Part shown: piece after piece, positions 61,109-64,000 of the stretch
How positions within the stretch are numbered: the stretch's first letter is position 1
Layout of the letters: the number at the start of each line of letters is the position of its first letter
Assembly: GCA_965248825.1 (NCBI GenBank)
Contig: CBDFKL010000006.1
Location: forward strand, 1,293,095 to 1,357,094
DNA length: 64,000 nt
Direction: 5' to 3'
Origin: Alphaproteobacteria bacterium
GTDB lineage: Bacteria > Pseudomonadota > Alphaproteobacteria > UBA828
Notes under the pieces: generated by a model
What the model was told of the DNA's origin: nothing
Databases searched by the model: none
What the model saw: the letters and a program-made list of their open reading frames with translations, nothing else
Translations under genes and position numbers: made by a program

Positions 61109-61276
61109 CTGTGGGTGAGTCTCTCTAACCTATCTCGAGATCGACGTTCGGCGGGAGTTTCCAGAAGGATCGTTCGCGAGCCTATCATCAATGTGCCACA
61201 TCATGCGCGCCATTGCCACCGCGACTCGAGGCTTTTACCGAATCCGCTCGTGCCTGTCGGCCGCGCCGGGCCAGGC

Positions 61277-62311
61277 GCCGTGAGCCTGACGGCTTCCCTC
61301 GCGGCGGGCGGATCAAGTTTGGTGGCGACCGCGGCCCTGACCGGCGTCGTGCTGCACTTGCTGCGGCGCTATGATGTGATGGATCGACCAACCGAGCGAT
61401 CGAGCCATGCGGCGGCGGTTCCGCGCGGCGGCGGTATTGCCGTCGTTGGCGTGCTGGTGGCCGCCTGGCTCACGCTCTGGCTGTCGGACGCATGCACCGG
61501 ATGCGGGAGCCTTTTCTGGGTGCCGCTGGCGGGCGCACTATTGCTCGCGGCGATCTCCTGGCTCGACGATCTCCGCGGCGGCCTGCCGGCCTTGTCGCGT
61601 CTGCTCGGGCAGGCGGCGGCGGTCGGTGCCGGGATCCTGGCGCTGCCCGGCGACGGTCTGATTTTTCAAGGCCTTCTTCCCGCCATCATCGATCACGCGC
61701 TCGCTGCGGTGGTCTGGCTCTGGTTCGTCAACCTGTTCAATTTCATGGACGGGATCGACGGGATCAGCGGCGCCGAAGCCGCGAGCCTTGGCCTAGGCGC
61801 GTTCCTCCTTGCGTTGCTGGGCGCCGGAGCGCCCGGACTGGGCCCTCTCGGGCTCTCCTTGGTCGGCGTATCGGTGGGTTTTCTAGTTTGGAATTGGCAT
61901 CCGGCGAAGATCTTCCTTGGCGATGTCGGTAGCGTGCCGCTCGGTTACCTGGCTGGCTGGCTCATGCTGGCGCTGGCCGTGGAAGGGGCGTGGCAGGCTG
62001 CATTGCTGCTGCCCAGCTACTATCTCGCGGATGCAACGCTGACCCTTTTCCGCCGGCTAATTCGCGGACGGCGCATCTGGGAGGCGCATCGTGAGCATTT
62101 CTACCAGCGCGTCGTAGCGGCGGGTTGGAGCCACGCGCGAACGACCGCGGTGATCGCCAGCCATAATCTCTTGCTGGTTGGATTGGCGCTCGTGCCGCAA
62201 TTCGGCGTTGTTGCCGGAGGGGCGGCGCTCGCGGTGGGGATGATTCTTGTGGTGGCCTTGCTGTGGTATTTTCATATTGTGGCTCGGGCATCATGCAACG
62301 CATCGGACTAG
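61277..62311 (+). CDS. Glycosyl-1-phosphate transferase of the MraY/WecA (GT4) family (undecaprenyl-phosphate HexNAc-1-P transferase-like)
   Basis: Multi-TM protein with DRPTERSSH (WecA DxxD/ERS region), NLFNFMDGIDG and GDVGS motifs. The ORF's first about 80 codons overlap the convergent DUF465 gene and look non-coding, so a GTG start near 61277 is assumed (uncertain). Confidence 0.7.
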   Translation, partial: AVSLTASLAAGGSSLVATAALTGVVLHLLRRYDVMDRPTERSSHAAAVPRGGGIAVVGVLVAAWLTLWLSDACTGCGSLFWVPLAGALLLAAISWLDDLRGGLPALSRLLGQAAAVGAGILALPGDGLIFQGLLPAIIDHALAAVVWLWFVNLFNFMDGIDGISGAEAASLGLGAFLLALLGAGAPGLGPLGLSLVGVSVGFLVWNWHPAKIFLGDVGSVPLGYLAGWLMLALAVEGAWQAALLLPSYYLADATLTLFRRLIRGRRIWEAHREHFYQRVVAAGWSHARTTAVIASHNLLLVGLALVPQFGVVAGGAALAVGMILVVALLWYFHIVARASCNASD

Positions 62312-64000
62312 GCTTCACCATCAGCCGTGCTCACACGGTGGCGGCCCATGACGTGGTCATGGCGGGCGGGACATTCGTGCTCGCCTTGCTGCTCCGTCAC
62401 GGGTTCGACTCATTTTGGGCGGCGTCGAGCGGCTTCATCGTCGAGGGGCTGCTATTGTTTTCGGCTGTTTCCGCGCTCGTCTTCTGGCGTATGCGGCTCT
62501 ATCGCGGGTTCTGGCGCTACACCGCACCACGCGACGTCGTGCTCGTCATCCAGGCCGCGAGCCTTGCGATACTGATTTTCCTGCCGTTCCTGTTTGCGTT
62601 GAACCGGCTCGATGCTTATCCGCGCTCGGCTCTTTTCATCAATTGGTTCATCTTGATCGCGCTCCTTCTCGGGCCGCGGGTGCTTTACCGGGTCGTCCTC
62701 GACGGCAGTCTGGGTGGCGTCCTTCGGCGAGGCGGTGGCGGCGTTGCGCAGCGCATTCCGGTCTTGCTGCTTGGGGCGGGTGATAATGCCGAGCTTTTCA
62801 TCAGCGCGACCACACGCGGCGCTTCTTCGAGCTATCGCGTTGTCGGGATCGTGGATGATGACGCCAGCAAGACCAAGCGCCACATTCACGGGATTCGGAT
62901 TCAAGGAACGACGGCCGAGCTACCGGCCATCGTTCGAGAACTCCGCGCCCGTGGGGCGAGTCCGCACCGATTGATCTTGACGGCGCAGGATCCGGACCCG
63001 GCCCGTGTCCGCGCCCTGCTTGCGACCTGCGAGGAGCTCGGCTTGCCGCTCTCCCGCTTGCCGGAGCTGACGGATTTTCGCGCTGGCGATTCGCGTGAAA
63101 TCGACATCCGGCCGGTTCGCTTGGAGGATTTGCTCGGCCGTCCACAGACCGTGCTCGACCGCACCGCAATGCGCGCCCTGGTGAACGGCAAGCGTGTGTG
63201 CATCACCGGTGCCGGCGGCACCATAGGCGCCGAGCTCGCGCGTCAGATCGCTGACGATGCCCCCGCGCACCTAACCCTGATTGACAACGCCGAATACAAC
63301 CTCTACCGGATCGATCTTGAGCTCGGCGAGACCCATCCCGATCTGCCGCGCAGCACCGTCCTCGGCGATGTGCGGGATCCCGGGCGTCTCGAATCGACCT
63401 TTGCCCGCGAGCGGCCCGAACTGGTTTTCCATGCGGCAGCGCTCAAACATGTGCACATGGTCGAGACCAATCCCAATGAGGGCGTGCTCACCAACGCTAT
63501 CGGGACTCGGAATGTTGCCGATGCCTGCGTCGCTGCGGGCGCCGCGGTGTTGGTGCTGATCTCGACCGATAAAGCGGTCAACCCGGCGAGCGTGATGGGC
63601 GCGACGAAGCGCATCGCCGAGAGTTACTGTCAGGCGCTCGCCGAGTCGCCGGTGGCCAAAGGCCTGCACGTCGTGACGGTGCGCTTCGGCAATGTACTCG
63701 GTTCCTCAGGCTCAGCCGTGGCGCTCTTCCAGCGTCAAATCGCCGCGGGTGGTCCGGTGACCGTGACCGACCCCGATGTCGCGCGCTACTTCATGACGAC
63801 GCGCGAGGCGGTGCAGCTCCTGCTTCAGGCGTCGACGCTCGGCGCCAAGGAGGAAGGTGGCCGGATCTACGTGCTCGACATGGGCAAGCCGATCAAGATT
63901 GTTGATCTTGCACAGCAAATGATCCGGCTCGCCGGTCTCACGCCGAATAAGGATATCGAGATCGTGTTCACTGGGCTGCGCGCCGGCGAGAAAAAGGGTG
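62293..64000 (+). CDS. Polysaccharide biosynthesis protein CapD/WbpM/PglF-like (membrane-anchored NDP-sugar 4,6-dehydratase/epimerase), 3'-truncated by the window edge
   Basis: It is not in the ORF track because no stop is reached. Frame-1 translation from ATG 62293 gives MQRIGLGFTISRAHTVAAHDVVMAGGTFVLALLL… (4 TM helices), then the CoA-binding-like linker, then KRVCITGAGGTIGAELARQI (Rossmann TGxxGxxG) and …ISTDKAVNPASVMGATKR… (YxxxK-equivalent region). Confidence 0.8.
   Translation, partial: MQRIGLGFTISRAHTVAAHDVVMAGGTFVLALLLRHGFDSFWAASSGFIVEGLLLFSAVSALVFWRMRLYRGFWRYTAPRDVVLVIQAASLAILIFLPFLFALNRLDAYPRSALFINWFILIALLLGPRVLYRVVLDGSLGGVLRRGGGGVAQRIPVLLLGAGDNAELFISATTRGASSSYRVVGIVDDDASKTKRHIHGIRIQGTTAELPAIVRELRARGASPHRLILTAQDPDPARVRALLATCEELGLPLSRLPELTDFRAGDSREIDIRPVRLEDLLGRPQTVLDRTAMRALVNGKRVCITGAGGTIGAELARQIADDAPAHLTLIDNAEYNLYRIDLELGETHPDLPRSTVLGDVRDPGRLESTFARERPELVFHAAALKHVHMVETNPNEGVLTNAIGTRNVADACVAAGAAVLVLISTDKAVNPASVMGATKRIAESYCQALAESPVAKGLHVVTVRFGNVLGSSGSAVALFQRQIAAGGPVTVTDPDVARYFMTTREAVQLLLQASTLGAKEEGGRIYVLDMGKPIKIVDLAQQMIRLAGLTPNKDIEIVFTGLRAGEKKG

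Noticed and set aside
62327-62783. ORFs 62327..62575+ and 62415..62783+ at the window end
   Set aside because: They are wrong frames of the CapD/PglF-like gene, whose correct frame (ATG 62293, frame 1) gives TM helices followed by the TGAGGTIG Rossmann motif and runs open to the window edge.

Overview
High-GC (about 65-68% G+C) bacterial chromosomal segment with alphaproteobacterial-looking gene content and synteny (DUF1178-ubiG-lysC, rodZ-hisS, prfA-prmC-DUF4167-clpB). The first 31 kb is mostly catabolic/oxidoreductase genes: an IlvD/EDD dehydratase with an SDR, three paralogous OYE-type flavin oxidoreductases, a GMC oxidoreductase, a LeuCD-like hydratase pair, two acyl-CoA ligases, a thiolase plus FadB-like beta-oxidation operon extended by a C-N hydrolase, an NAD-epimerase and a DapA-family protein, then a class III aminotransferase with hydantoinase/oxoprolinase-type HyuA/HyuB subunits. 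A complete Type I restriction-modification operon (hsdM-hsdS-[abortive-infection-like gene]-hsdR, 31.6-38.3 kb) is wedged between the hyuB stop and a convergent flavin oxidoreductase gene. Accessory features: a parDE toxin-antitoxin cassette and a vapC toxin with an unusual 216-aa upstream partner (3.1-5.3 kb), a low-GC two-gene cassette (STAS-domain protein plus GOLPH3/GPP34-like protein, 24.65-26.0 kb), and a 1.39-kb ISNCY-like insertion sequence (47.65-49.04 kb). Both the parDE cassette and the STAS/GPP34 cassette sit at the 3' end of a host gene and are bracketed by long (150-210 bp), about 90% identical, partly synonymous-diverged duplications of that gene's 3' end, with no integrase visible; this is the most unusual structure in the window. 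The last 20 kb is housekeeping (lysC, hisS, prfA, prmC, clpB with a sigma32-type promoter, an M23 peptidase) and the start of a polysaccharide locus (WecA-like transferase, CapD-like dehydratase, truncated). No tRNA, rRNA or CRISPR was recognised. Note that gene starts are inferred from the ORF track plus family-typical N-termini and are approximate; direct nucleotide-level verification was not fully reliable.
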